A DNA stretch of 58,429 bases, the filler included, from Sphacelaria rigidula (lineage: Eukaryota), in assembly GCA_964200075.2 (NCBI GenBank). It is 8 parts of 8 records of this genome, joined end to end, with 100 filler letters (N's around TTAATTAATTAA, not from the genome) between each part and the next. Parts side by side here need not be neighbours in the genome. Positions count along the whole stretch, not along the records: positions 21,950 to 29,165 come from CAXNAA020015922.1; positions 29,266 to 36,481 come from CAXNAA020015923.1; positions 36,582 to 43,797 come from CAXNAA020015924.1; 5 more parts are not named here. One strand, given 5' to 3'. Numbering within the stretch: position 1 is the stretch's first letter; every line of letters begins with the position of its first letter. Shown here in pieces: positions 24,116 through 37,175 of this stretch. The translations under genes and the position numbers were made by a program. Under the pieces are notes generated by a model. It was not told where the DNA came from, made no database searches, and saw nothing but the letters and a program-made list of their open reading frames with translations.

Positions 24116-27100
24116 CAATTTAGAAAGCGCAGGACATTCTTGCTCTGCTCATGCGCCCTAATGTTCCGGAGGAAGGCCATCCAAAACGCCCGTTGGAAAC
24201 TGTCCAGAAACGGAACGTTCTTTCCCAACGACCGGTTCGTAACGAGCGATTCCCTGGAGGAAGCAAACGTACCAGCACATGAATTAAGCACACACGCCTC
24301 GTGTCCTGGGTTGATGCGTCGATTCGATATTCTGCTGCCTTTGTATCGGTCAGAGTGTGCAATTGAGCATAAAACACAAGGAACAGCAGTAGTACAGAAG
24401 ATAGTAACTATAGACTAGTGCAAAATCAAGTATACAATGAACAAATACCACAGAATTGCGCTTTAGTGGGACATAAACAGCACCTTCTATGTCTCTTTCA
24501 TGAAATGCACGTGGTCTCACAGGTTGATCAGGGCAGGACGAATCGCGTAGTTGTTACACACGACGCAGCATTGGGTGATCTGGCGCTCATTTCTCACTAC
24601 AGCAAAAACGATGTCACTGCATATAGCAGAAATGAGATGATAGATCGGGCTGCACACCTTGCGGTTGCTCTATTGCAACGCTTCCTTCCTACACTCGCAA
24701 TACGCGCGTACTGCGGAAAGCAACAAACATACAAAAGCAAGTTTTTCTTCTACTGCTGTAGTAACTCATTTAGAAGGACGCTTTGCTTTCTTGAGGGACC
24801 TTGGGTCAGAGTCTCCCATGTTCCACGCGACCCTGTGTTATGGGTGTTATTTGTTGGGTGTCGTGAGAGGTGTGGGAGGTGTGGGAGGTCTGGGTAAATT
24901 TCACAACAGACGGGGCCCCGGGTTAGCTACATTACCACCCTGCCCACATTCTTCAAAAGTGGGACCAGATATCGAAAATAATCGAGAACCGAAACGTAAT
25001 ACTCGATATTGATTCGAATCAACCACTATCAGCTTTTCAGTCGGCGATTTCGATTCGCAGAACCACCGATTTGAATCACGATCGTTTTTTTAATTCGATA
25101 TTGATCCTAAACATTGGTTTCAGCGTCGGGTCTCGTTTCGGTACAATATTTCGGTTGACATTCTCGCAGGATACTGTAGGCGCAACCATGTACTGGACCA
25201 AAACAGTTGTGACAAGTGTATAGTACAGACAACTGTGTTGTCTGCATACAGTAAGACGTGAAAATATATATAAACAATGTGTAATACAGACAGTGTAGTA
25301 CTGCCAATGCTGTCTGCATGTAGTGTTGTGTGTGTGTTGTCGTCCCATCTGTTCTGGACGCCGGTCTACATCTCTTGGTATACTGTTATGGATCGCGGCA
25401 TACATGGAGGAAGGGCAGTACAATGATGGGCCCATCTAATCTGATGGAAAAGTCCCGGAGCGCTGACTGCGGGAACTGGTAATGTTTCGCAGTCAGGGGG
25501 GAAGATGTTTGAGCCCGTACGAAGACGGTTACATAAACATGCCTCTTTACATCCGGCTTGAACTCGGTTCTTTCAGAGTCGGTGAAAGCCGGCCCCCTGG
25601 TTTTTACTCCTACGGAAGGGAACGAAGTGGCCTGAGACATGAGATTCAAAATCACCAGTGCAAAAGAGAAATACCATTGCCTGAAGCTGTGAACAAGACA
25701 CCCTGATATTCAGGATGAGCTGTTCTTCGTTAAACTGATCATCCCTTGTGCTGGAAAACCGTTTTGCTCTGCGGTAAATGGTGAGCGAGTACGTAGCAAT
25801 CATTGCATATTGTATTGCACATGGATGAATATGCCGCATGTTTGTTTGAAGTAGGAAACTTCACTTTATGCATGCCCTGTCTTGCGAAGAAGATCCGTCA
25901 TCACAGTACTTGAGCAGCGATCATGGTGACCATAACAATTGAGACAGTAGTGAAAACGAACTAGTGCACGGACAAGCCAGAGAGGCTACTATACCGTTTA
26001 TCCGTAACATGGTGCTTCCAACCGGAACTATTGTGTTGACTGTTGTCATCCGTGACGTATGATCACTCCTTGCGATTTTCCGAAATGCGCTTTTTCAACG
26101 AAGCATCAGCCACCGTGACTTTTCGGTCCCGATATGCGAAAATTCGTTGTTCACCTCAAACGATAACCCCGAATGTGATGAATTTTGCCGTCTGTGAATG
26201 AGCCACGGAACGAACGTGTCCTCGGTCAATCCCGTATGTGCTTGAAGTCACTGCCTGTTGTGCTTATCCTACACCACCAAACATGCGTGTCCACGGCGTT
26301 GGAGCAGCGATTACTGCTAAACGACTGAGTTTGATGTTAGAGCTGCAGCCATGATCGCCCTGCCTCATATGTGTATTTTACAGTATAACGGGTATTTGAA
26401 GTACAATTGCCCGCCGTGAGTAGCCACGTCCCAGGGTAGATATAAGGATTAAGCACGATAGGCTGTAACATGTTGACATCGTCTCCGCACCGCGCTATGA
26501 AACGGCTCTAGGCTTACTGCACAAAACGCGTAGGTATGGTTGTACACCGTCCTTTTGGAGTGAGATAAGACACCTGGATGCTGATTGTATACCATGCAGC
26601 GGGTACTGGGGGCACGCACCCTTCCTGTGCAAGTCAGCAGATCAAGTTGCATTTCGTCTCACAAATGCTCGTACACAGATGAAAGATTTTTGTGCACTCA
26701 TGATCCATATATTTCGGTTGTTGAGTTCCTCTAACGTTTGAAATGGTGTTTCCACGCGAAGGCAAGACACCCGTTCTACTCTACTATGCTACAGTTGTCA
26801 ATAGTAGCTATGGATGTGATGCGAGTTGGCTCATGTGATGTCTGCAGACCGTGCCTTCACGGGGAAACTCAACAAAGGCAGTCGTGCCGACGAAGAAGCA
26901 TGTCGTATGCAAACAACAAATATATGTTTACATTTTATGTCTGTTGCTGTTGAACTGGCATGAAGACGGGCCATCTGCTGGGTGCGTCCCGTCACTAAAA
27001 CATGAAATTACACAACGCTTGCACAGTACACGACCCAGGCTGATGCCCCATCTTCCTATAACCTGATGCGGCGCACTGTTGTCATTTGAATGCTACCAGT

Positions 27101-29080
27101 TATCCCTCACCATTATCCTACATCAACCGTGCCTTACTGTTCGACGAGATATTACCTCATGTCGCTAAAACCCGACCCACTTGAGCCAAATTTTCGGTCA
27201 CCATGCATTGAGTGCGCCCTATACACGTTGCCATATAAATGCGGCAGGTTTTTAGATGTGATAGATGATCTCCCTTACGCCTTGAAATAAAACTTGCCCT
27301 CATGGGTGAGTGCACGGGATCGAAATGTGAAACTCGCACACAGCAATGAAAACGTTGAGGTGATGACCCTTGACACCCAGGAATGTGAGTGAAACAAACA
27401 ATCAATGCTGCTCTATACACCGCGCAGAGGAGGGGCTGTAAGCCACCCTATCGTTGTGAGTATTAACCCTTTGACCACGAGGGTAGATCACCTGCTGAAT
27501 TGACATCAGTAACCACTGGGGAAAAGTATGCATAACGCAGATGGACTACCCGCACCACCGTCTAGGGTTCAAGCGACTGTACTGTGTTGTACTGTACTAT
27601 ACTACTGCTGGATTTTGTATTGCATCAACGTTTGCACCGATGCTTGCGTACTTCTGTCAGTCGTCCGGTATTTGCTTGCTCCCAACGTGACCATTCGTGT
27701 GCTGCGGAACAAATCTAACATACAGTATGATGGTCGAGAAACTACAACGTGGGTACCGATTTACTGCGCGACGCTGAAAATATATATCGTTCATTACAGT
27801 TGTCACGCGGTTCGATACTGTTGTGGTTGTTCCTAACCAGCACAGCTTCACCACACCCCCGCCGTTACTCGATACAAGAATCAATACCGTGATATTTTAG
27901 CGGCATACACCAAACATGTCATGTTACTAGCTGCATTTTCCACTCCCGCCTCCGAGGACGGCTCGAATGGGAAAGAGCAGAAGCGATACAAAACATTTGA
28001 GTATCAATGGCGATGATATGTGCACGATAATACGATTGGATACTGTTACAATATAAGGGTCAAATCTTGTCGTGTAGACGTGAATGAGCAGAGTCACGGT
28101 GGATGCTAGGATTGAATGACCCTGCATACTGCTCTACTAAATCTTTCCATGCAACAGCTGTTGTTTTGCTCTTTCCAACTTTGCTATAATCTTCGATGCA
28201 ACACCTGCTGTAAGCCCGACTTCTGCTGTGCAATGCAGCGGAAAGAAGCGATTTGCACTGCAACTCAAAATGAAGTGAAGTCTCTGCACCCGTTTCGCCC
28301 CGTTTATCGACACCAGCTGGACTTGAAGCTTTAAGTTGTTCCCCTCAAGCCTGCGCAATAATACTCCTGCAGCTCCGTCGGTTTGCGCTAAGATGAAATG
28401 GTTATATACACCGCTTTGCTGTATTCTTGGATGACATAGCTGTACGACGCCATTTCGTTCTGAATATTGACCATGTTGACCACGAGGGTAGCTCACCTGC
28501 TGAGTTGGCATCAATTTTCACGTGAAAAAAGATATAACAGCCGGTCCTAATTTTTGGGGTTGAAGCAAAAAATGAGGTTGAAGTCCCATTTCTCTATTGC
28601 AGGGAAGATACGAAAGAGTAGGACAGAGCGAAAGTATCTTCCTTCCCAAACCTCCGCAGCAGGAGTTACCCGTTAGATCGCGAGAGTAGGTCACCAGCTG
28701 AATCGGCATCAATGTTCACTTGGAAAAAGTACACGCGTGGTCCAAATGGACTACGGCCACCGCGGTCCAAGGGTTAAGCAACTCTGGCTAGGTGCACCCA
28801 ACGAAATGCGGTGTACACGCGTGTCGCTGACGATATCACCAGAGAGAGGAGCAACGACAGAGAGGAAGCTCCTCCTCGCCCGTGCCCTTTGTGTGTCCCC
28901 GCTCGGCGATTACCAAACTCTCGAGAGACTGGCATCCTTGATCTTACCAGCATGTGCCAATTTTTTCATATGCCAGAGCATCGACGTGCGGAGAAGTTCC
29001 GTGTCTCTTCTTTCCTGTTGCCAACGCGAACATCGATTTCTCTCCACCTCTCCTTTTGGACAGGACGTGCTCTGTGCGCT
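24116..29080 (-). other. Possible exons of an unidentified spliced gene (e.g. ~29080-28946, ~25770-25703, ~25631-25401, ~24253-24116)
   Basis: Open segments bounded by CAG/GT, including a terminal-looking ESLVTNRSLGKNVPFLDSFQRAFWMAFLRNIRAHEQSKNVLRFLN*. No family recognised and phases not fully verified. Confidence 0.25.
27467..27567 (+). mobile_element. ~100-bp piggyBac-like MITE (TTAA-CCC...GGG-TTAA); further copies at 28476-28530, 28669-28773, 29645-29713, 44379-44485, 44490-44581 and 49568-49625 (-)
   Basis: Shared core GAGGGTAGNTCANCTGCTGAATYGGCATCAA...CACTTGAAAAAA. Termini are CCCTTGACCGCG...CGCGGTCAAAGGG-like, with TTAA or near-TTAA flanks (27463-27466, 28774-28777, 29714-29717). Confidence 0.7.
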
Positions 29081-29417
29081 GAAAACCATGCTGAAAAAAT
29101 AGAGCAATGTTCCCGTCACCGCTACTACTGTTCTCTGTCACACACATATGCCAGCAAGGACGGTGNNNNNNNNNNNNNNNNNNNNNNNNNNNNNNNNNNN
29201 NNNNNNNNNTTAATTAATTAANNNNNNNNNNNNNNNNNNNNNNNNNNNNNNNNNNNNNNNNNNNNGGCTTGAACCTCATCTCGGAGTTAAACCTCAATTC
29301 GCACAATGTGTTGTTAAATCAGAGACGCGCATTGACGACGGGTACGATATCGTTACGCTACCACTCTCTCACACGAATGTGATAACAATATAGAGCTATG
29401 AGTAGAATAGACCTCAC

Positions 29418-32068
29418 CTTTGTGTAATAGAGATGCCTGGAGTGATTCCGGCCCCGGTGCAGATTAGTATCACTGAATACATAGCAAACATCAATGGCAG
29501 GGTCCAGATAAGCAGATGATAAGATATCAAGCGGGCCGGGCAAGGGTGGAGCACAGACCGTCAACAAGCACAAAAAACGTGGGTCGAGACTTGATCGCGG
29601 AAACACGGTAAATAAATGGTGTAAGTAAGGATTGATCTTGTTCACTCTTTCACCGAGAGGGTAGGCCATCTGCTGAATCGGCATCAATTTCACTTGAAAA
29701 AAGCGTGTAAGGGTTAAGCATGCGCCAGCGATGTATCCAAAGAGAAACATTAGACTTCGGCAGGTGCTTTCACGTGGAGGGTCATTCCTGTCTCTACCAT
29801 ACATGTCCGAAGTCCAACGACTACTGACTTGTCAGTCTCTGAGTGTTCCGTCATCAAGAGAATACCTCAAGAATGGCGGGCTCACACCTAATATACAGCA
29901 GCAAGTTCAGCGTATGTACAGAAAACTGCGTCTCGAAGACATGCGGAAAGCACCGGCGAAATCAGTCATTTTGACTCAACTCGCCGTAGACTTCTGTACT
30001 TATCAAACGATCGAGCAGAAGAATCGTGGATGGAGTAGCAACCACATCGAAAAACAAGCTGGGAGAGACTGCTTTGCACATACCGCGGTCGTAGTAGACG
30101 GTCTTATCCATAGTGCTGGGCTGTGCTGCGGTAATCCACAGAGGCAGTCGGGGCTGTTCAAGCCCAAGCTGAAACAGGGCTCGAGTCCAGTCGCCAACCT
30201 AGCACGTAAAGCGGCCAACCCGCAACACGTCGTGGTATGCTTATTGTAGCGGCAATGGTGGACGGGCCATTCCTTTCACCACGAATGTATATCATACCAT
30301 TGAGCATCATACAAAAGGTTTCTCGATCTTGTTGAAATATGAGAACAAAACTGAAACCAATTTGGATACCGATTCAAGATGGTGCCACAAAGTGATCTAC
30401 CCCTCCTTGATCGAAGAGTGCTTCACTTCGTGTCGACTTCTGTACGGTACAATGCATGACACCGTTCAACGTCCTTGTCGAGTTGTCACAGGCCGTTTTT
30501 TGTTTTTTCCCCGTTTCGTGTTCATGTGTGCCACTGAACCAACGTGAGTACAGCATAGCACAACTCACCACTTCGGCGTAGAAGGCGGCCGTGTTGCTGT
30601 CTCCGGGGACAGGAATTATCGAAAAAGGGTGCCACTCTCCAAGGCTGATCGCACGGCAGTTCACATAGATGTACGACCCGGCCTTGAAGTCGTAGCCACT
30701 GGCGTAATCAAGCGGACGAGAAAACCCGAATATACCATAGCGACAAATCGATCATAATGAACAAAGAGCTAATCCCGCGACAGCTGCCGTCAGAGAAGTG
30801 GTTGGTTTGAGGGGGGAAAATCCACATGTGAACCAAAATGACAAAACCGAGCACACCGAGCACCTGGGAGCTCCCACTCTTGGGTTCGTTTTCGCCAATG
30901 TCATTCCTATGAGGTGCTTCATGGAGACCGAAGTCATACGCGATGTAGACATTTTCTCCGTGACAGTTTTGGGGCTGGTTTGTGAGGGGGGTATCGTGGT
31001 GTTACTCAGACATGGACATTAGAGGAGTTTATCCTCTACGGAGGAACGGTGATTCAGCATCGCTCCTCGGATTGTACCCCGCCAGGATCGTTTCTCCACG
31101 ACGAGTATTCCGATCTTCATTCCAGGGTATAGCGGATTACTGATTCCGGTGTGCATCAGCATCATCAGCATAAAAACAGTAGATCATGACGGCCCCCTTC
31201 ATTTACTATCAATTACGAGCGAAAAACACACATAGTTCAATCCATCATTGATTCGTTTCCCGCCTCGCCTGTACCAATCAGGAAATACTTTTTTTTTCGA
31301 ACGGCACTCAAGGATAGTACTCACGGCGGCAGCTCCAGGCCAACCATGGTGCCCCGGCCGACGGCTTCGAAGGTGGGGTGCTGGATCAAGAACGTTCTAA
31401 GAAACGGCGGCGAGGATCACGATACAAAGTTCCGAAGGATTACAGCAATATAAACGGGCGAAAGGGGAGATGCAACAAGCAAGAGTGCGTGTTTTACATC
31501 CAATATCGTCGAGTCCGTGACAAACCCCCACAGCACAGTGACATCATGCCCCACCGATACGTACTTGTATCTCGCTAAACGTATATCACAGTGTCTCATG
31601 CAAGACGCCAGCACAATAACGGGGCATTCCGCATTTCTTCGATAGTCTCCGCGCTTCGACTACAAGGTATTGCTTCGTGAACCATCAAAACTATTACAAG
31701 CATGAACAGTGCAACTGCTAAAATGCCATTGCCGGACCGACAACGATAGAACTCCACACGTATCTTTTCGAGCGCATATATCAAGCACCGTGCATCAACA
31801 TAGAGGGAACTTGGGGCACATTTTGCCCTGGTCTGCTACCGGATACGTTCCCTCAAGTTATGATGTGCGACGTATCTCCTATTATCCTCGATTTTCATCT
31901 TACCACACACAGGGCAACTCACTGCTTGGTCGTGAAGTAGAACCTGTCGACGGAATACCACACGATCAGGATGGCGCCGATGTAGCGAAACGCCATACTG
32001 TGGAAGCACAACCCCACTACCATGGGAATAAACAGCATGTGCATCCCCTTTCGAGTCTCGAACCTCAT
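29418..32068 (-). CDS. Ferric reductase / NADPH oxidase (Nox/RBOH-like) family protein, internal part; exons 32068-31923, 31396-31325, 30698-30569, 30198-30084, 29472-29418
   Basis: Phase-compatible splicing gives MRFETRKGMHMLFIPMVVGLCFH (His pair in a transmembrane helix)...WYSVDRFY..|..GYDFKAGSYIYVNCRAISLGEWHPFSI (FAD-binding)..|VGDWTRALF..|VILICTGAGITPGIS (NAD(P)H-binding). Confidence 0.88.
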
Positions 32069-32536
32069 CTGAATCAATGAGCGACACGGTCAGAAGACAT
32101 GGGGTGAGGACGGTCGAGAATGGGTGCGACGAAAAATTGTGCCTCTGCGGGGGGGTGAGTAAGATTTGGGCCTGGTAGAGGCGTCGAGGCGGGGGATGGT
32201 TTCATAGATGAGCATATATATTGGCTTCCAGGTATGCGGGTACGGTACGGGAATGGTCGGCAGATAGTTGTGAGATTTACGGCGCATCGGCATGGCTTTC
32301 AGGTGTCCATGAAAACGACGGTGAAGACATTGCAAAGCAGGATGGTCCATTTACAGAAAAGCGGAAATATGCTCTTCGCGCCGCGGAGTCGGGCTTTGAG
32401 GCTGTTGCCAAATGATACCAAGTCGTAGGTTACAGTATAATCGCATGCATGATTGGAGCAGTGGCAGGGAACAGGGGATCCTGGGTTGATGGCTCTTATC
32501 TGTGTGACCCCTTGCCGCTGGCTGGTGATATGGTCT

Positions 32537-35500
32537 GTAGAGGATCACTCCGCAATAATAACAAGTTACAAGAAAGGACTTGTCGAGCACGAGGCCCGTG
32601 CTACTGGAGGAGTCCCTCGTGGATAGTCCTCTTGTCCAGATCGTCGGGCAGAGGCTATACTATCCAGATATTATTCTTCCGGCACTCGGTTAGAGGAAGT
32701 TTGGCTGAGGAGAAAGTGGGCTGCAGGTGGAGCCAATTTTGCCCGCAGACAGAGAGACAACTTGAAGCACACAGCCGTGGAGGACACTCCGTGGGCTTGA
32801 GCACGCACAAGCCAGGCAGTGAAGTGCTGAATTCTAGTCAACATGGCTCAAGCGGCGGCAGCGCCGCTGGTGTTAGGTGAGACACTGAAGCCGCCCAAGT
32901 ATGGCGAAGTGCGGACTGAAGAGGCGTCAAGAAGGTTTTTTACCGCATATCTCGACTATTTAGAGAGACTGATTTCAGCCAATACTACAGAAGACATACG
33001 GCATGAGAGAGTGAGCATCGGACAACTCATTCCTACCTATATTCACCCATGCTTCGAAGATATGTACAAGGACCGTCGGGCTATCACCCCCCACGAATTG
33101 CCAGATGCTGTGAAGCAGCATGTCGGGTAGACTACAACCGGCGGCGAGTATGGCACTGCGCGGGCTGCAGCAGACCTGCGTCAAGTACCTATTATACCAT
33201 TAAGCTGTGGAATTCCCGTGAAGGATCGTGCGATGAAGGTCAGTTCAGCGATGGACACGTCTTTCGCAGAAAACCTGACGGTGCAAGCCATATAACGTGC
33301 GGAGGACAGGAGTTGGTCGCCAGGCCCGGCCGAGTCGGTTTCCACAGTATTGATCGACGGGATTTCACCTCCGGAATTCAAGGCGTATGTTAGAAGTGTA
33401 CTAACGTATGTTGACGACTGGAAAAAGAACCCGACGGTGGTGTTAAAAAAATGTTTGATGCCGCCGACCAGTGGAAATTCATTGAGGCACATAGCCGGCC
33501 CGATTCTGCAACAAGTACAGGTGGTGCGCGCCGCAAACAGCAACAGCAACAAAAACAGCAGCCGTTTTCGCGAGCGTCGTCCACTTGCGTGTGTTACAAA
33601 TGCGGCGACACCGGACATATGATCAAGGACTGCCTCAAGCCTCGCGCTCAAAGCGCTGCACAGGGCAATGCGCGAGATTCATGAGGATCTCGGGGCGGTC
33701 GTCACGGTGGACGGGGCCGGCCAACCAGGGACGCGGGCGCGGCGGCCGCGGTAGCAAGCAATCAGCGGCGGATGGTGGATCCTCCGCTACTATTCTTTTC
33801 ACTACGTTATCAGGTGGTGACTCTGGATCTTATGGTTCGTTCGTAGCGGGGCGGACTGTGTACGTGGGGAATGCTAATACTCCGGTGGGGAGTGTTGTAG
33901 CGAATAGTTCGCAACCCCTCGGCCAGGCAGGATCCGTGTCTTTCGCATCTCCTACTGCTGCGACGGCTGTAACAGCGCCGTCTGTATATTCGGCGACATG
34001 ATCTGATTGGGCCGACGATTCGCAGCTATCGATGCCGAGTGCTGGAGTGCAGCCCTGGTTTCAGGTGACTCTTGGAGCCGAACAGGATTCTTGGGCAGGC
34101 GTTGTACCTGTCGATCGCAAGGCTGAATGTTTACGCGCAGATTTTTCCTTGCCTGGTCCTGTAGGTTCATCCATGGCCCGCGTTATTCTGGATTCTCGGT
34201 CCGCGCTCACGTCGATCGGTGTTGGGTTGCTAGAGCAAATGTCTTTGCAGTTTAGCGGCGCTCAGCTTCAGATTCCGTTCGAAAACGGACCGCAAGCGGC
34301 ACAGACCTCGACGGGTGCTCCCGTGACGGTTACACATAAAACGGTGCCGATTACTCTTAGCTTGCGTACGCCGTGGGGGGCTGTGGAGTTGCAGCCCATT
34401 ACTTTCGCTGTCATGCCCGGTCAGGACAACGTGGTTTTATTTGGGATGTCGACGATGAAGGAGCTTGGGATTTATTTGTACCCGCTCTCGTTGGATAAGT
34501 TACGCCCGCGTGCTGTGTCGGTGCAAACCGGCGTGGAAAATCCCAGGTATCTTGCTGCAAGGCGTGTGATCTTGTTCATATCGTTATTCCAGAGCGCCAA
34601 TAAGAAGGGCTCCTGGGGATGAAGCGGTGGAGCGCTTGCTCGATCGGGGGCCTGACATGTATATGGACCCAGCGGAGGAGAAAGGTGCAAGATAACGTGC
34701 GCTTGAGGATAGCGTGCAGCAGGCCGAGCAGAAGGTCTGAGCGCCGACGGCGCACATTGTCTGCGTAATATTTTGGCTCGTCGCGTAGATACATTTCGCC
34801 GTGCGCTGCATGGTGATCCGTCAGCGCGCGTTGAGCCCATGAGGGTGCAGCTGAAGCCCCAGGCAAAGGCGGTGAAGGCCAAGCCCTGACGGTACGATCC
34901 GGTGAAGACCGGGTGGCTTGCCTTATGCATCGCAGCTTTGGTGGCGTTTGGTTTAGTGGTGAGGAACATCCACGCTGTGTGCGCAAGTCCGGCGATGGCG
35001 GTGCCGAAGAGGGACACATTCCGTTTGGTCAGCGACTATCAGGCGGTGAACGCGCAAGTGGAACCGTCTCCGGGGTGATGCCAAGGCAAGAAGACATGCG
35101 GGAGTTGCTGGGAGCCCAATGCTTCGGCAAGTTGGACCTGCTTCAGGGGTATTGGCAGATGCCTATGGCGCCGGAGGCTCAGGAGATCTTCACGATCGTC
35201 ACGCCTGACGGTTTATTTACGCCTACTCGTGTCCCGCACGTCGTGTTGAACGCCGCGGCGTATTTCCAAGGTGTGCTGAGTGACATTTTGCGAGGTCTAG
35301 ACTGTAGAGCGCGGGTGGATGACTTTTTCCATTTTGTTGAAACCGAAAGAGTACTGTTAGCTTTGCTTGACGAAATTCTTGGCCGCTTGGAGAGGGTTGG
35401 TCTGTTCGTCGCTGTGCATAAGTGTACGTTTTTCGCTCGCGAAGGTTTGATGTGGTAGAGTTTACTCCAAGGGTAGCGTTTCGCACGATTCCGTCCGTAC

Positions 35501-36481
35501 TCAAGGTTTAAGCAATATACGACGTCCGCAAACCGCTAGTGAGCTGATGCAGTTTCTGCAGGCGGTGAATTGGTTGCGGACTTCGCTCCTACGCATGGCG
35601 GAAGTAGTTGCGCCGCTTCGAGTATGTCTGGAACAAATTGTGGTCGGGGTTTCGCGTCAGACCAAGCGGAAGCGGGCGGCGTGTAATCGTACCATCCCGG
35701 AGGACGCTTGGACGGAGGATAGTGTGCGGGCATGGTGTGCTGCGCAAGATTTGGTGGCGCAAGCGATGCCGCTGTATCACCCTCGTCCAGGGTGCGTTGT
35801 TTGGATGTTCCCAGATGCTTCAGAGTTTCACTGGGGTAGTTATTTTACGCAAGTACCTGTCCCAGAGCTTAGTAGTGGCATTACGCTCGAATACATGTCA
35901 CACGAACCGTTGGCGTTTCTGAGTGGTAGTTTTAAGGGTTCACACTCGCGGTGGGCGATAGTGGACGAAGAAGGTTTCGCGATAGTCGATACATTTCGAA
36001 GGCTAGAGTACTTGCTTCGGGGTGGTGTTCGCATTTTCACCGATCATTGCAATCTAAACTACATTTTTAACCCCGTGGAGTGTGTCACATCGGTAGCGAA
36101 GGCCATGGCACAGCGGCTTGAAAGTTGGAAAGGGATACTAGGCTAATACCGGTATACCGTTGAGCACATTCCTGGAGAGTGTAATTGTTGGGAAGATTTG
36201 TTGTTTCGCTAAGTGAAGGTGCCAACCGTGCCCGTTCTGTTGCCGTGTACAGCCCGTGTAATGCCGATGATTCGCTCTCCTCGTTAGATGTCATTCGTAC
36301 CGCGCAGCGCAAAACAGTCGTCGACGGTGTTCATTCTTTTCCTAGGATTTTCGGTCAAGATACTTTGAATAACGATGCTTTGTTTCGCGCGCGTGTTGGC
36401 AGTGGTGATGTGTTGTGGATTCCGTCGGATGATAAGGCTCTACAAATTTGCTTGATGGTGTGCGCTCACATGCGGTCGGCT
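32537..36481 (+). mobile_element. Ty3/gypsy LTR retrotransposon, 5' part (putative 5' LTR ~32537-32843, gag, protease, RT, RNase H), decayed
   Basis: Gag starts at 32843 and has a CCHC knuckle, CYKCGDTGHMIKDC. Protease VILDSRS; RT GKLDLLQGYWQ...RVDDF; RNase H FPDASEFHWG...FTDHCNL. The 3' end (LWIPSDDKALQICLMVCAHM) is homologous to 22280-22350. Multiple stops and frameshifts. Confidence 0.92.
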
Positions 36482-36656
36482 NNNNNNNNNNNNNNNNNNN
36501 NNNNNNNNNNNNNNNNNNNNNNNNNTTAATTAATTAANNNNNNNNNNNNNNNNNNNNNNNNNNNNNNNNNNNNNNNNNNNNCCCCATTGCCACCCCCACC
36601 CCCCCCCCTTCCCCCCCCCGTTGCTTCTCTTATTTGTCTTTTTTTTTTTTTTTTTT

Positions 36657-36710
36657 GGGGGGGGGTCCTCATGATCTTGCATGCCGTCGTCATGAGACCA
36701 TTGACCTCGT
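36657..36710 (-). mobile_element. LINE-like 3'-end repeat (type B) with C tract
   Basis: G9 followed by TCCTCATGATCTTGCATGCCGTCGTCATGAGACCATTGACCTCG. Another type B copy lies at 43188-43236 (+). Confidence 0.65.
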
Positions 36711-36809
36711 AACACGACGAAGTCGGGGATGGAACACGCCGGGTTTTCACCGGACCAGGGTCGCCATCAACCACCACGAGCGAAGCACCGCGATGTGTCC
36801 GGCGAGTCG

Positions 36810-36960
36810 CATGAAGGGTGGGTTGCATCCTACTACTTTTGTTACTGTTCCGCCCGAAACGTACGAAGTATCTTGCATGTGGATGACAAGTGAGCTGCTT
36901 CATGTTCTGGTATCGCCACTTCCAGAGACAACCACGGGTCACACTGCCTCGTGGGTGCCT
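36810..36960 (-). mobile_element. Possible decayed hAT C-terminal dimerization-domain remnant
   Basis: LWKWRYQNMKQLTCHPHARYFVRFGRNSNKSSR loosely follows the WW..N...FP.L...AR..L...ATS..SER pattern. Confidence 0.25.
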
Positions 36961-37175
36961 CAACTTTGAACACTTGCGTAGTATGACCATTCCCTTTGCT
37001 CGGAGTTGGGGTTCTCTTGCCCCGCACAATATAATCCAACTCGAAGACCATAATGGTTGCCGCAAAAAAACGCAAGCGAGAAAAAAAAACGGCAACCTGG
37101 TTGCCTAGCTTACGTAGTGAATGGAGTGCTTTACAGCGCCTTTGCCAACCGATGCCAACCCTCACGAGGCAGAGG

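Noticed and set aside
29731..30249. 172-aa plus-strand ORF, and minus-strand FAGAFR / HSETDK words suggesting a tyrosine recombinase
   Set aside because: The region is an intron plus the antisense of a Nox exon. The motifs are short, separated by stops, and lack the catalytic H-x-x-R and Y residues.
31600..32430. Possible copia RNase H/RT remnant (IEDN...)
   Set aside because: Another frame gives a clean ferric-reductase transmembrane exon (32068-31923) that splices in phase.
22100..36481. Contig 4 and contig 5 gypsy pieces as two halves of one insertion
   Set aside because: Their overlapping region (22200-22350 vs 36330-36481) is clearly diverged and the putative LTRs differ, so they are related but distinct elements.
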